Of a DNA stretch of 56,698 nucleotides, positions 39,225 through 51,125 are shown one piece after another. Both the position numbers and the translations under genes were made by a program. The stretch is from positions 18,132,504 to 18,189,201 of the forward strand of contig NC_068986.1 in the NCBI RefSeq assembly GCF_001194135.2, in the 5' to 3' direction. The notes beneath the pieces are model-generated. The model saw only the letters and a list, made by a program, of their open reading frames with translations. It was not told where the DNA came from and made no database searches. Position 1 is the stretch's first letter; every line of letters starts with the position of its first letter. This stretch comes from Octopus bimaculoides (Eukaryota).

Positions 39225-39450
39225 GTGTGTGTGTGTGTGTGTGTTGCTCTGTGTGTGTGTGTCTCCACTGTCACTTGACAACCGATGTCGGCGTGCCTAC
39301 TTTCCCGTAAATTAGCGGGTCGGCAAAACACAACGATGGAATAAGTATTAGGGTTACAATGAATATGACCTGGGGTCGATTTGTTCAACTAAAAGGGGTG
39401 CTCCAGCATGGTCGCAATTCAATGAATGAGGCAAATTAAAGAATAAAAGA
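39043..39450 (+). mobile_element. SINE family C, full length, with internal (TA)n(TG)n
   Basis: Colinear with 20971-21404. Confidence 0.88.
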
Positions 39451-42400
39451 AAACATATAGGTAGACAGACAGACAGACAGACAGACAGATAGATAGATAA
39501 CTTTCTTTTATTAGCTACACAGGGCTGCACACAGAGTGGAAAAATACAACTGTAGAGCTTTTCTTTAAAAAAAAAATAATATAAAAATAAAAATTTAAAA
39601 AAAAATCCGATCAAAAGGGATCGGTAGGTGCAAAAAAAAAGGGGGGTATCGTATATCACAGAAAATGTCAATTGTGTAAAATGGGGTAACATTAGGTTTA
39701 TCCATGGGAAGAAAAGCCTACGGAAAAGACCATGGTAACCTCAGCAGGGAATAGACACATGAGAGCGAAGNNNNNNNNNNNNNNNNNNNNNNNNNNNNNN
39801 NNNNNNNNNNNNNNNNNNNNNNNNNNNNNNNNNNNNNNNNNNNNNNNNNNNNNNNNNNNNNNNNNNNNNNNNNNNNNNNNNNNNNNNNNNNNNNNNNNNN
39901 NNNNNNNNNNNNNNNNNNNNNNNNNNNNNNNNNNNNNNNNNNNNNNNNNNNNNNNNNNNNNNNNNNNNNNNNNNNNNNNNNNNNNNNNNNNNNNNNNNNN
40001 NNNNNNNNNNNNNNNNNNNNNNNNNNNNNNNNNNNNNNNNNNNNNNNNNNNNNNNNNNNNNNNNNNNNNNNNNNNNNNNNNNNNNNNNNNNNNNNNNNNN
40101 NNNNNNNNNNNNNNNNNNNNNNNNNNNNNNNNNNNNNNNNNNNNNNNNNNNNNNNNNNNNNNNNNNNNNNNNNNNNNNNNNNNNNNNNNNNNNNNNNNNN
40201 NNNNNNNNNNNNNNNNNNNNNNNNNNNNNNNNNNNNNNNNNNNNNNNNNNNNNNNNNNNNNNNNNNNNNNNNNNNNNNNNNNNNNNNNNNNNNNNNNNNN
40301 NNNNNNNNNNNNNNNNNNNNNNNNNNNNNNNNNNNNNNNNNNNNNNNNNNNNNNNNNNNNNNNNNNNNNNNNNNNNNNNNNNNNNNNNNNNNNNNNNNNN
40401 NNNNNNNNNNNNNNNNNNNNNNNNNNNNNNNNNNNNNNNNNNNNNNNNNNNNNNNNNNNNNNNNNNNNNNNNNNNNNNNNNNNNNNNNNNNNNNNNNNNN
40501 NNNNNNNNNNNNNNNNNNNNNNNNNNNNNNNNNNNNNNNNNNNNNNNNNNNNNNNNNNNNNNNNNNNNNNNNNNNNNNNNNNNNNNNNNNNNNNNNNNNN
40601 NNNNNNNNNNNNNNNNNNNNNNNNNNNNNNNNNNNNNNNNNNNNNNNNNNNNNNNNNNNNNNNNNNNNNNNNNNNNNNNNNNNNNNNNNNNNNNNNNNNN
40701 NNNNNNNNNNNNNNNNNNNNNNNNNNNNNNNNNNNNNNNNNNNNNNNNNNNNNNNNTATATATATATATATTCATCTTTGTATCTATCTGTTTCTCTATA
40801 TATTTTGTCATGAATTATAATATATATTATGCATGTGGATGTTTTTGTTCGTATGTATACTGGCATCTTTGATAAGCAGCAGCACGCTCATATTTTATTT
40901 CAGGCGCCTTTATACTGAATTTTTCAAAGATATATGTCTATCCGACATACTGCGATAAAACGTTATATTTATATATCCATCCATACTTAAATATTTACAA
41001 CCACGCGCGCCCAGAAACACTCCTGCTAATGCACACTCATGCATACACATATATTCATGTTAATAAACACATATACACATCCATACATACATACATACAT
41101 GCATACATATATATTCATACATACATATATATATGCAANNNNNNNNNNNNNNNNNNNNNNNNNNNNNNNNNNNNNNNNNNNNNNNNNNNNNNNNNNNNNN
41201 NNNNNNNNNNNNNNNNNNNNNNNNNNNNNNNNNNNNNNNNNNNNNNNNNNNNNNNNNNNNNNNNNNNNNNNNNNNNNNNNNNNNNNNNNNNNNNNNNNNN
41301 NNNNNNNNNNNNNNNNNNNNNNNNNNNNNTTGATGTGCGTGTGTAGGTTTCAATACATGTCTATTTTACATGTGTACGATGTATATGTTAGATGGTGACT
41401 ATTCTATTGAAGACAATAACCTGGAAAATGAGGACTGCAGCCACGTTTATGTCTCCAACACTCTATAGTCTTTCGATGTTAGTATTTATTTATTAATTTA
41501 TATAATGTTTATTTCCTGTTACTTTCCTTAATGGCGTTATTGATGTGCGAAAGAATTGTTAATTTAACTATTATCCTGCAGAATGGTAATTTAAGAGAAC
41601 ACCGGCTGTATGTGCATATCCTGTGCCGATTTAGATTTGGTTCTTAATTCAAATAATCCATTATTCATATTGTTCACATTATTTTTGTTACTTCAGATAA
41701 GATGTTGGATTATCTGCATCATTATATCATTTATAAATTTGCAACTTGTCACATTCTGTGTTCAAATCCAGCTGCGTTTGAATTTACTTTCAACATTCTG
41801 GTATCGATAAAAGTACCTGCCACATGTTGTTTCGTGTTGTATTTGTACATGTCTCTTTTACATTTTTAGCTTAGTGGGTTACGCATTGTATATCGTGTGT
41901 ACGTCAAGCATATTTTTCATCAGTTTCGCTAAATTTATCACTTATTAGTGTAGTAAGATATAAGGTTATTGTCATTTTTATTTTCTGTCTTCTTGCAAAA
42001 CGTACCGGATGTCTGCAATGAAGCGGTTTTTTCATCAATTTCCCTCTTCTGTAATGAATATAGTGTAGTGAATTATTAATTTTTCAGATTTTTGTTTGAT
42101 ATTTTGTTCTGAAATACGAATGCGTTGTTAACAAAATCATGACAGTTAAGAGTCATGGTAGAAAATACGAGAGTGGAGATGAAGATAGACTGAGAAGGAC
42201 GCATTACATAATGAAAAGAATGATTTTAAGCTATTATTTATCCGTGTCGAGAACATACAGAATCTTCCCCATTAAGAGAAAGAAAGCCTATTAGACTTAC
42301 TGACAGAAACAAACGCAAAACCTCGTACGGAGGAACCAGGTGCAAAATACATAACATCAGAAACTATATTTCTACTAATACTACAGCTACAATGTATATA

Positions 42401-42609
42401 TTGAGCTATGATGAACCAATGAATGACATTTTATGGGTTCATCGTGTTCAAAATCTATAAATTCGTCTAATGCCACCTCATATCTTACAAGAAACGCAGT
42501 ATCGAACCAGGGGATGATGCTGGTCAATATCCAGGAATGATATGAGTGTTTTTGTGCTCTCTTCTCTAGCTTATTGATTACAAATTAACTGTATAAGATC
42601 AATACGTTC

Positions 42610-42990
42610 GGGTCATGGATTAAGTTAACTGGTACTTATTTTATCGATCCCTGGAAGATGAGAAACAAATTCGGCCCAGGAAGAGTATGAACATAAAAAA
42701 ACGGACAGAACGCCGTTAAACATTATCTCGAGCATGCTTACTTTTCGGTCAGCACGTCACTCTTTTCTTCTCTAAAAAAATGATTTCAAATTTTGGAAGA
42801 AGGCTATCAATTTCGGAGGGTGGGACTACGTCGATTCCATCGGCATCTCCTCTTCAACTACTACTTATTTTGTCGACCCCGTAACGCTGAAAGCTAAAGT
42901 GGATCTCAGGTGAATTTTAACTTAGAATTTAAAGACGTGCGAAATGCTGCTAAGCATATTGTGCGGCGTGCTAACGATTATACTAGTTCA
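42610..42990 (-). mobile_element. Two degenerate SINE family A copies (about 42610-42740 and 42815-42990)
   Basis: ggtacttattttatcgatcc; tacttattttgtcgacccc..gaattttaacttagaatttaaagacg..cggcgtgctaacga. Confidence 0.7.
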
Positions 42991-43348
42991 CTATTCTTTC
43001 TTTGTTTAAAATATTAAAAGGTTATGATAGGCGTCATTGCATTATGTATGTTTCCTGTTATGGGTTACGTTTTTCATGATCCGATTGAAAAAATCTGCAT
43101 ATTTTGCTCAAGTCGATGGAAGGTACATTCGTCCACAAATCATCCATCGAGATTTATTTTATTGTTCTTTTACTTTCTTTGCTAGTGAACATAATTGCAT
43201 GTCACGTTTATCTTTTACCATTCGTGGAAATATTCCTAAGTCAAGAATATAAAATTCTTTATGAAATACAAAGAGGTTTTTTTTTTACTTTTCTGACTGG
43301 ACGTTTGCTCTGTTTGGTATTTCTTCATTGTTCATTGACAATTATAAG

Positions 43349-43418
43349 TTCAAACATACATGTGCGAAGATGAGTGGTCAAAGTCGATCAATGTCTCATT
43401 TGCTGCTGCTTTCGCAAG
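43349..43418 (+). CDS. Candidate 70-nt exon (QTYMCEDEWSKSINVSFAAAFA or FKHTCAKMSGQSRSMSHLLLLSQ)
   Basis: Consensus donor AAG/GTAAGT and an AG acceptor after a pyrimidine-rich tract; two frames are open. Confidence 0.3.
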
Positions 43419-43844
43419 GTAAGTCTCTAAAAAGTTTTTCAGATATATAAATATTAAGAGAAAAATAATGTTTTCATTTACATCGCATGTCTCTTGCAGC
43501 AACTTATTCCTGTTTTTATTCTTTTGTTCGTTTGCTTGCTTTCTTGTGCTGTTGTCAAAACTTAGTTTTGATAGATATTCATTTTTTATCATTCATCGAT
43601 ACATTATACTAAGAGTAAAGAAAATCGAAAACAAAAAAATGTTCAAAATGTATGGTATTTGTGCCCAACCAACGTAGAAAATGAATATTAAAACAGCTAA
43701 TCCGACTTTGCAATGGTTCCATGCGAAGTGTCACGGAAAAAAAAAGACAGAAGACTTTCGATATTCAAAATACTCAACATGTAATCGAAACAGAGGAAGG
43801 ATGGGAAAACTTGGTTGCCAGGACAAGGAACAAGAAAACAAGGT

Positions 43845-44271
43845 AGAAGAAGAAGAAGAAGAAGAAGAAGAAGAAGAAGAAGAAGAAGAAGAAGAAGATT
43901 AAGAAGAAGATGAAGAAGATTAAGGAAAAGAAGAAGAAGAAGAATAAGAAGAATGATGAGAGGAGGAAGAGAAGGAGTAGAAGAAGAAGAAGATGAAGAT
44001 GAAGTTGAAGAAGAAGAAAAAAGAAGAAGGATGAGGAGGAGGACGAGGAGAAGGAGGAGAAGAAGCAGGAGAAGAAGAAGATTAAGAAGAAGAAGAACAG
44101 ATTAAGAAGAAGAAGATGAAGAAGAAGATTAAGAAGAAGAAGAAGGAGATTAAGAAGAAGAAGCAGGAGGAGGAGGAGGAGAAGATGAAAAAGAAGAACA
44201 AGAACAAGAACAAGAACAACAGCAAATAAAATAGTGATAATTGTATTATGATGATGATGATGATGAGGATG

Positions 44272-44330
<59 letters not shown>
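43845..44330. repeat. Compound purine-rich trinucleotide array (GAA/GGA/GAT)n
   Basis: Directly visible. Confidence 0.95.
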
Positions 44331-44333
<3 letters not shown>

Positions 44334-44582
44334 CAACAAGAATTGCCGCAACTTTAGCGAAAATAATAGCATTATTAAAATTCACCGTTTCAAAAGTAGG
44401 TGCCAGGCCAAGAATTAGAGATGAGATTTCACCACCAACCTAGGCACTAAATTGTCATCCCTATTTCATTGACTCTTGCAGTCAACATGAATGATGATCT
44501 TGCAGGGATTTGAACAAAGTAACTTAAAGTATGGAACAATTACTGCAGGACATTCTTCCGACGCTCAAACTGTTCTGTTAGC

Positions 44583-44636
<54 letters not shown>

Positions 44637-44659
44637 TGATGATGATGTTGATGATAATA

Positions 44660-44716
44660 CCGTAGCACATCTTCAGCGTTAGAAGCTGTGCAAAGATAAT
44701 AAATAATAATAACAAT
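44660..44716 (+). mobile_element. About 50-bp 3' tip of R4/Dong-like family 1 embedded in an (AAT)n/(GAT)n tract
   Basis: gcacatcttcagcgttagaagctgtgcaaagataataa matches the reverse complement of about 19095-19140 (gtacatcttcagcattagaggctgcacaaggacaataa). Confidence 0.7.
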
Positions 44717-45600
44717 AATAAACGTGCTGCCGGGAAGATAGATCAGATCTAAAACCGTCAAGAAGCAGGAATTCAGAATCTGCAAATACAATGAAAGAAA
44801 ACTACGTTTTAATGTAAACCATCTCAGGAAACTGTGGAGTGTGTGTGTATATAGATATATATATATATNNNNNNNNNNNNNNNNNNNNNNNNNNNNNNNN
44901 NNNNNNNNNNNNNNNNNNNNNNNNNNNNNNNNNNNNNNNNNNNNNNNNNNNNNNNNNNNNNNNNNNNNNNNNNNNNNNNNNNNNNNNNNNNNNNNNNNNN
45001 NNNNNNNNNNNNNNNNNNNNNNNNNNNNNNNNNNNNNNNNNNNNNNNNNNNNNNNNNNNNNNNNNNNNNNNNNNNNNNNNNNNNNNNNNNNNNNNNNNNN
45101 NNNNNNNNNNNNNNNNNNNNNNNNNNNNNNNNNNNNNNNNNNNNNNNNNNNNNNNNNNNNNNNNNNNNNNNNNNNNNNNNNNNNNNNNNNNNNNNNNNNN
45201 NNNNNNNNNNNNNNNNNNNNNNNNNNNNNNNNNNNNNNNNNNNNNNNNNNNNNNNNNNNNNNNNNNNNNNNNNNNNNNNNNNNNNNNNNNNNNNNNNNNN
45301 NNNNNNNNNNNNNNNNNNNNNNNNNNNNNNNNNNNNNNNNNNNNNNNNNNNNNNNNNNNNNNNNNNNNNNNNNNNNNNNNNNNNNNNNNNNNNNNNNNNN
45401 NNNNNNNNNNNNNNNNNNNNNNNNNNNNNNNNNNNNNNNNNNNNNNNNNNNNNNNNNNNNNNNNNNNNNNNNNNNNNNNNNNNNNNNNNNNNNNNNNNNN
45501 NNNNNNNNNNNNNNNNNNNNNNNNNNNNNNNNNNNNNNNNNNNNNNNNNNNNNNNNNNNNNNNNNNNNNNNNNNNNNNNNNNNNNNNNNNNNNNNNNNNN

Positions 45601-45624
<24 letters not shown>

Positions 45625-45635
<11 letters not shown>

Positions 45636-45795
45636 TACGACGGGCTTCTTTCAATTTCCGTCTAACAAATCCACTCACAAGAATTTGGTCGGCTATAGTA
45701 GAACACACTTGCTCAAGGTGCCACGCAGTTGGACGGAACCCAGAACCATGTCGTTGGTAAGCAAGCTACTTAACACAGAGTCACACCTGGGCGTA
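45625..45795 (-). mobile_element. 5' half of SINE family C; its internal microsatellite runs into a gap
   Basis: cgacgggcttctttcaatttccgtctaacaaatccactcac..ggtgccacgcag..accatgtcgttggtaagcaagctac. Confidence 0.85.
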
Positions 45796-45959
45796 ATCTA
45801 TATTTCTTTCAAAAATGAGTAGAGATATCATCAAACGGTATGATGCACCATGAAATTGAAAAGTTAGCTTACAACTAGTGCATGCCGGCCATATTTCCTT
45901 TATATTATTAGCCAAGGTGCAAAGGTCTACAACGATGGCAACATCTACAAAACCAACGA

Positions 45960-46215
45960 CCACAACGATGATGATTGTGGCGATGATGATAGTTACGATG
46001 ATGACGTGAACGACAACCACGTCGATGATGAAGATGATGAAGATGATGAAGATGATGAAGATTATGATGATGAGGAGGAGGAGCAGGAGGATGACGGTGG
46101 TGGTGGTCGTGGTAGTCGTGGTAGTCGTGGTGGTGGTGGTCGTGATGGTGGTTGTGATGGTGGTGGTGGTCGTAGTGATGGTGGTGGTGGTGGTTGTGGT
46201 GGTGGTGGTCGTCGT
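45960..46215. repeat. Compound (GAT)n/(GGT)n/(CGT) low-complexity array
   Basis: Directly visible; adjacent to a gap. Confidence 0.9.
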
Positions 46216-46975
46216 NNNNNNNNNNNNNNNNNNNNNNNNNNNNNNNNNNNNNNNNNNNNNNNNNNNNNNNNNNNNNNNNNNNNNNNNNNNNNNNNNNNNN
46301 NNNNNNNNNNNNNNNNNNNNNNNNNNNNNNNNNNNNNNNNNNNNNNNNNNNNNNNNNNNNNNNNNNNNNNNNNNNNNNNNNNNNNNNNNNNNNNNNNNNN
46401 NNNNNNNNNNNNNNNNNNNNNNNNNNNNNNNNNNNNNNNNNNNNNNNNNNNNNNNNNNNNNNNNNNNNNNNNNNNNNNNNNNNNNNNNNNNNNNNNNNNN
46501 NNNNNNNNNNNNNNNNNNNNNNNNNNNNNNNNNNNNNNNNNNNNNNNNNNNNNNNNNNNNNNNNNNNNNNNNNNNNNNNNNNNNNNNNNNNNNNNNNNNN
46601 NNNNNNNNNNNNNNNNNNNNNNNNNNNNNNNTGACGAAGAGGTGGGCGATGCGATTGCTCATAATTGGGGGGGGGGGTTGGACATGACAATGTCATTTCA
46701 GTTTCGAAAGCGTAGATGATAGCATTAAAGATGTTCCATCGCATTGAAATGAATAGAAATGTTAGTTAAGTGGCTGTCAACATAAAATTAAATATTTATT
46801 TGTTTGACATGAAGCAGTTCGTATCGAATGTAAGTCAAATTGATACATTATGTCATGCTGTTGGTGACTTCCGTCAATGCAGTAGGATTATATTCAGCAA
46901 ATTAATAGCTGTGAAGCATTGATAATGATAATGTTAGACATTACTTGAATGCAATTGAATATATTTCTTATATAG

Positions 46976-47012
46976 CAAATCATAAAATATATGAGAAGAA
47001 AACTAGCCAGAG
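46976..47012 (+). CDS. Candidate 37-nt exon (QIIKYMRRKLAR), phase 0 to 1
   Basis: atatttcttatatAG acceptor, AG/GTGAGT donor; phase-compatible with 48033. Confidence 0.3.
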
Positions 47013-48032
47013 GTGAGTGAGATACCCTTAATATCCAGGTACAATTTCGCTCATAGAGATAATGGAATGCAATGTGAATGTAAGGCACATGGTTCAAGAA
47101 TAATTTAAGTCAATCTGTAATGGTATCTCTATGATTCTAGCTAAAGAAGCAAGAAATATATTCTATTTTGATATATAATACCGGATTACGTTAGCACGTA
47201 CATTACAGTTGTCCTCCATTGTCAACAACGTAACTGAGGTTATGAGGGATTTAATCTAACGAGGCAGATATGGAAAAAGAGGAAATATCTAATAAGACCA
47301 AGCAATCGACGTGGAGTGGGAACTAGAATTTGAAAAGAGCTATTAATGGTTATTGTGAGAGAGAGATAGTGAGAGACCGAAGAATCATGTACCCACCTAG
47401 TTAGCACCTACGCATTTTCTCGACACTTTCGGAATAATAGCTACTTCTATATATAGCACGCTACGGCTAGAACTGGCTGAGGTAGGTCTAGGTCTAGTAT
47501 GTAAGGGAAAATAGATCGGGTTATATATTTGACTAAGTAAGGAAAAAAATAACTGTAAGTATTCTTATACACCATGCAGCAAAGCTAACTGTCCAGTGTT
47601 TGCTGATATTCCAGAAACTTGAAATCTGATATTACTATTTGGTACATTGTTATGATGGTACCTGATACTATCCCACCTCTAACTCTTATAGTTACTACAT
47701 TCAATAATTTTATATCAAGCCTGAAACCGTAATTGTACTATTAGTGAAAAAAATACCGGTAAAACGAAGCAATTTTACCCCATATGAATAGTGTTACTTT
47801 ATCATTCTGAAATGGTTTGGAATTTGGTACAATTATGAATGCATTGTGTATAGAATATGCCGGTATTAACATAACAGAAGAATCATGTTGAAACTGTGAG
47901 CGGGTGAAGGAGAATGCACATGAGTAGGAGAATGCACATTAGATGGAAACAAAATATAAAAGACAGATGTATAAACAAAAGAAAATGTAAGAACTATTGT
48001 CTCACGTATTTCTTTATTGCGTTGGTGTTCAG

Positions 48033-48202
48033 ATGTATTGATAGGATTAATTTATGGGCTTCTATTGTCTTACTCTCCGAAACTAAAAAAAATCGTTTTC
48101 AATTGCAATGACGAATGCTCTGAAGCGAAAAATCACATCGTATTCCTTTTAGATAAGATGACTAAATTGCCAGTAGATGGGAAGTTTGCAAGTGAAGTAC
48201 AG
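48033..48202 (+). CDS. Candidate 170-nt exon (VLIGLIYGLLLSYSPKLKKIVFNCNDECSEAKNHIVFLLDKMTKLPVDGKFASEVQ), phase 1 to 0
   Basis: ctttattgcgttggtgttcAG acceptor, CAG/GTGATA donor, 56 open codons; weak resemblance to VWA motifs (IVFLLD). Confidence 0.4.
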
Positions 48203-50140
48203 GTGATATACATATATAGTAAACAGTGGAAAAACGAATAACTGAGAAAGTAATATAAGTTAGCAGAGATTATTGAGTGAGGATTGTCTGGATTTTCTTT
48301 GGGGGAGAGAACAGAGGAAATAAATGCACTTCTTCTGCACTACATAACTTGTAACATCAGACTGCTTATCTCGGCACTTGATAGTCTACAGTGAACATGC
48401 CAAACATACTACATTTTGGAAGACAAGATTTATGAGAGTAGAATATATATACATATGCATTAATACCGGAGAAGTAACGACATGTGAAATCGGTTTGTTG
48501 TATCTTTGTGAAGATGAAAAATAGGAATCGATGTTGATGATAGACATGGTCTGACATAGATTAGTCTAATCATGAAGTACCCAAATGAACAACAACTGTT
48601 GGGTCCCGACTTCTCTATATCCACGCCCTTTTGTCTCAAAAGTATCTGTCTTTAAAATAGATATGTTTATTTAACTCGAGTTACGAATATCAATGCATAC
48701 AATTCTGTATGTACGTTCATCTTATTTAATGTGTTTCAAACGTGGTGACCGTAATCTTTGATGTGCGATGGTACGTTGAAAAAAAATTGTAATTTATAGC
48801 TTTTAATATAATACAGTAAATGCTATTTCCTTGAGAGGAGAGATATTAAGAAAATAAAATTAAGGCGAAATTTTCATCACAAAAATATTTTTTCTGACTC
48901 TTCTAGATTTGGCTGAACTTTAATGAATACGTTTCAGGCAAATAATAAGACTGTAAAAGTTATCCTAAAGCAACAGAGATAAAAACAACGACTGAGAGTT
49001 GATCATGTGTTTTACATCCATATATAAGTGCTTCGAAAAATCACCATTTGTCTACAAAATACTGCTGCACCTGTCATCAGCAACAGCAGCAAAGGTGCAA
49101 CATTTTAAAAAAAATCGTTAAGTTGTTTCAAACCATGCTGAAAAAAAATATTCATCTTTTGAAGCATGCTACCTTCTTTCTTCAATATAATAATTATGAA
49201 ATTTAAAAGATGCACCGGTCGGATGGAAATATGATTCAGATAGAGATGTTTGATAGTATGTTATATACACTTTGTGAGGATATAAGATAACTACCTTGTA
49301 CTTGAAATGACTATGCTTGTTACACAACTAACAAGCATAAAAGAGCCACTGGGAATTCGATAGGAATTGTGTCCTACTTTAAAAACTGGTAGTTCATGTG
49401 TTTAAGAATGATATTTTCAGCGTTGTAATTCCTGTTAGTTGAGACTCAGGAGTTGAAGTATCGTAGATATTAATCAATGGTTCATCAATGGCATTGGAAC
49501 CCATAGAGAGTTAACAGTTGACACTAACGATAGCCAATCCTCGTATATCAATAAGTTGAAGCTAATTAGAAAGCGACGCCTTAACAATATATTACGCGTC
49601 ATTGTTTAGAGCGAGTGTGTTTTAAGTGATTTTTGGAACATTATTACAAGTATTTGCCCACTGAACATCCATTTGTCTGTACTTTGAAAATCGGGAAATC
49701 AGTTTGAGAACCACGCATGTCTAAGTCAAAAATGATATTATATACAGTTGAATTATTACACCTTTCGTTTTTCTATGTGTTGTAGACATATGCTTCTTTT
49801 ATCATGTGAGTTGTTATTACTGGGAGAAATTTTACTCAATTCTCCCTTTCGGGTTACCAAATTATTCATTGATCTGCTCTTACAAATATAATTCTTTGGC
49901 AACATGCCAATAATATTGCCATTCATCAATATTATTACGTAAATATATGATGGATTATGTAGATATAGGGTTGCAGAAATGTTCCCGCATTTCCAAACTC
50001 TCTATAATTTGAAAAGGGTTTAATATAAAATATAATCCTTGGAATCAAAACTACGTATGCATCCGATGTTGATTTTATTGTGCCAAGTAAGCTTTTTTTA
50101 ACGAAATATATACAGTATATTTGAGGACGGCAGCCACGGG

Positions 50141-50230
50141 TGGGGAAGTTTCGAACCTGGGTTCTCATTCCTGGGGTATTTTTCGATATAATAGTAATAA
50201 TAATTATTATTATTATTGTTAATATTATTA

Positions 50231-50262
<32 letters not shown>

Positions 50263-50470
50263 CGGGTCACAGTCTGGAATCTAACTCGGAATCTTGGGGT
50301 TAGCAGCCCGCGCTCTTAACCACTACGCCATATGCCCGTGCGCAATTATGGAGTGAATTTCAGGGCTTATAAATCTAATATTTTTTTATGCGTCAAATGT
50401 AAATAATGTAAATAATGTAAATAATGTAAATACTGTACTTAATTCCTCATCTATTAAATATAGAAGTCTA
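50141..50470 (-). mobile_element. Partial composite element: inverted-repeat end + tRNA-like head + (AAT)n + shared segment B
   Basis: See 17528-17715; (AATAATGTA)-type subrepeats lie inside the terminal repeat. Confidence 0.7.
50264..50337 (-). promoter_or_regulatory. tRNA-derived Pol III internal promoter (pseudo-tRNA)
   Basis: GGGCATATGGCGTAGTGGTTAAGAGCGCGGGCTGCTAACCCCAAGATTCCGAGTTAGATTCCAGACTGTGACCC: A box TGGCGTAGTGG, B box GAGTTAGATTCC (one mismatch), imperfect stems. Confidence 0.7.
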
Positions 50471-50907
50471 TTCTTAAAGATTCCTTTGTAAAATACTGGA
50501 GACTCTAAGATGCATATATGTCAGTGTAATGCGCACCAGTACTTTTGTTCCAGTTTGAATATAATTAATCCTTTCACGTAAAACTATTGATGTGAATTTA
50601 AACATTAATTCGGATTTATTGTTTTACATAATACGTATATTTTACTGCAGACATTTCATGAAGTTTGGGTTTGGATGTAGTTGTCTATTATGTGAAGAGT
50701 TTTGCTTTGGCTTCATAAACAATTCAGCAGTGAAATTGTACTCTAGCTCAAGACTTTGATATATGATTTGTGATTCCCATGACATCGCAAATATATCCGT
50801 CACGAATTTCTCTCTATAGTTTCCTAGTCTTTCAGCGTTAGCCAATTTATATATAAGAAGATCGGGAATCAATAACTTTAAAGTTTTATTTCAATGTATG
50901 TGAGAAT

Positions 50908-51125
50908 AAGGTCGTGAAGTGGTAGAAAGGTTAACACGCCGGCCAAAATGTTTAGCAGCATTTTGCCCCGCTTTACGTTCTGAGTTCATATTCCGCCGAG
51001 GTCGACTTTGCCATTCATCCCCTCGGACTCGATAAAATAGTAACAGTTGAGTACTGGAGTTGATGTAATCGACTTAACCTCTCCCCCTAACTTGCCTAAA
51101 CTTTGCCTACATTTGAAATTAGTAT
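50908..51125 (+). mobile_element. SINE family A copy
   Basis: ttaacacgccggccaaaatg..gttctgagttcatattccgccgaggtcgactttgcc..gatgtaatcgactt. Confidence 0.88.

Noticed and set aside
12165-42405. Isolated minus-strand exon candidates (about 12165-12278, 29588-29710, 42299-42405)
   Set aside because: Each is open with plausible splice sites, but there is no consistent chain or homology; such segments are expected by chance in 57 kb.
43140-43165. IIHRDL kinase-like motif in ORF 43037-43252
   Set aside because: It is followed by FYCSF rather than KxxN, and no other kinase subdomain is nearby; probably chance.
47908-47940. Short direct repeats such as ggagaatgcacat x2 (also at about 11645 and 37960)
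   Set aside because: Consistent with ordinary replication-slippage micro-duplications.
48033-48202. Receptor tyrosine phosphatase juxtamembrane interpretation
   Set aside because: No KNRY, DYINA or HCSAG-type exons were found downstream in this window.
49750-50130. Possible GIY-YIG relic on the minus strand
   Set aside because: KNYICKS-like and PFQII-like segments are out of expected order and frame; too weak without a profile search.
50264-50337. Functional tRNA gene
   Set aside because: The T-arm and anticodon stems pair poorly and the B box is mutated; it and all SINE heads are treated as tRNA-derived.
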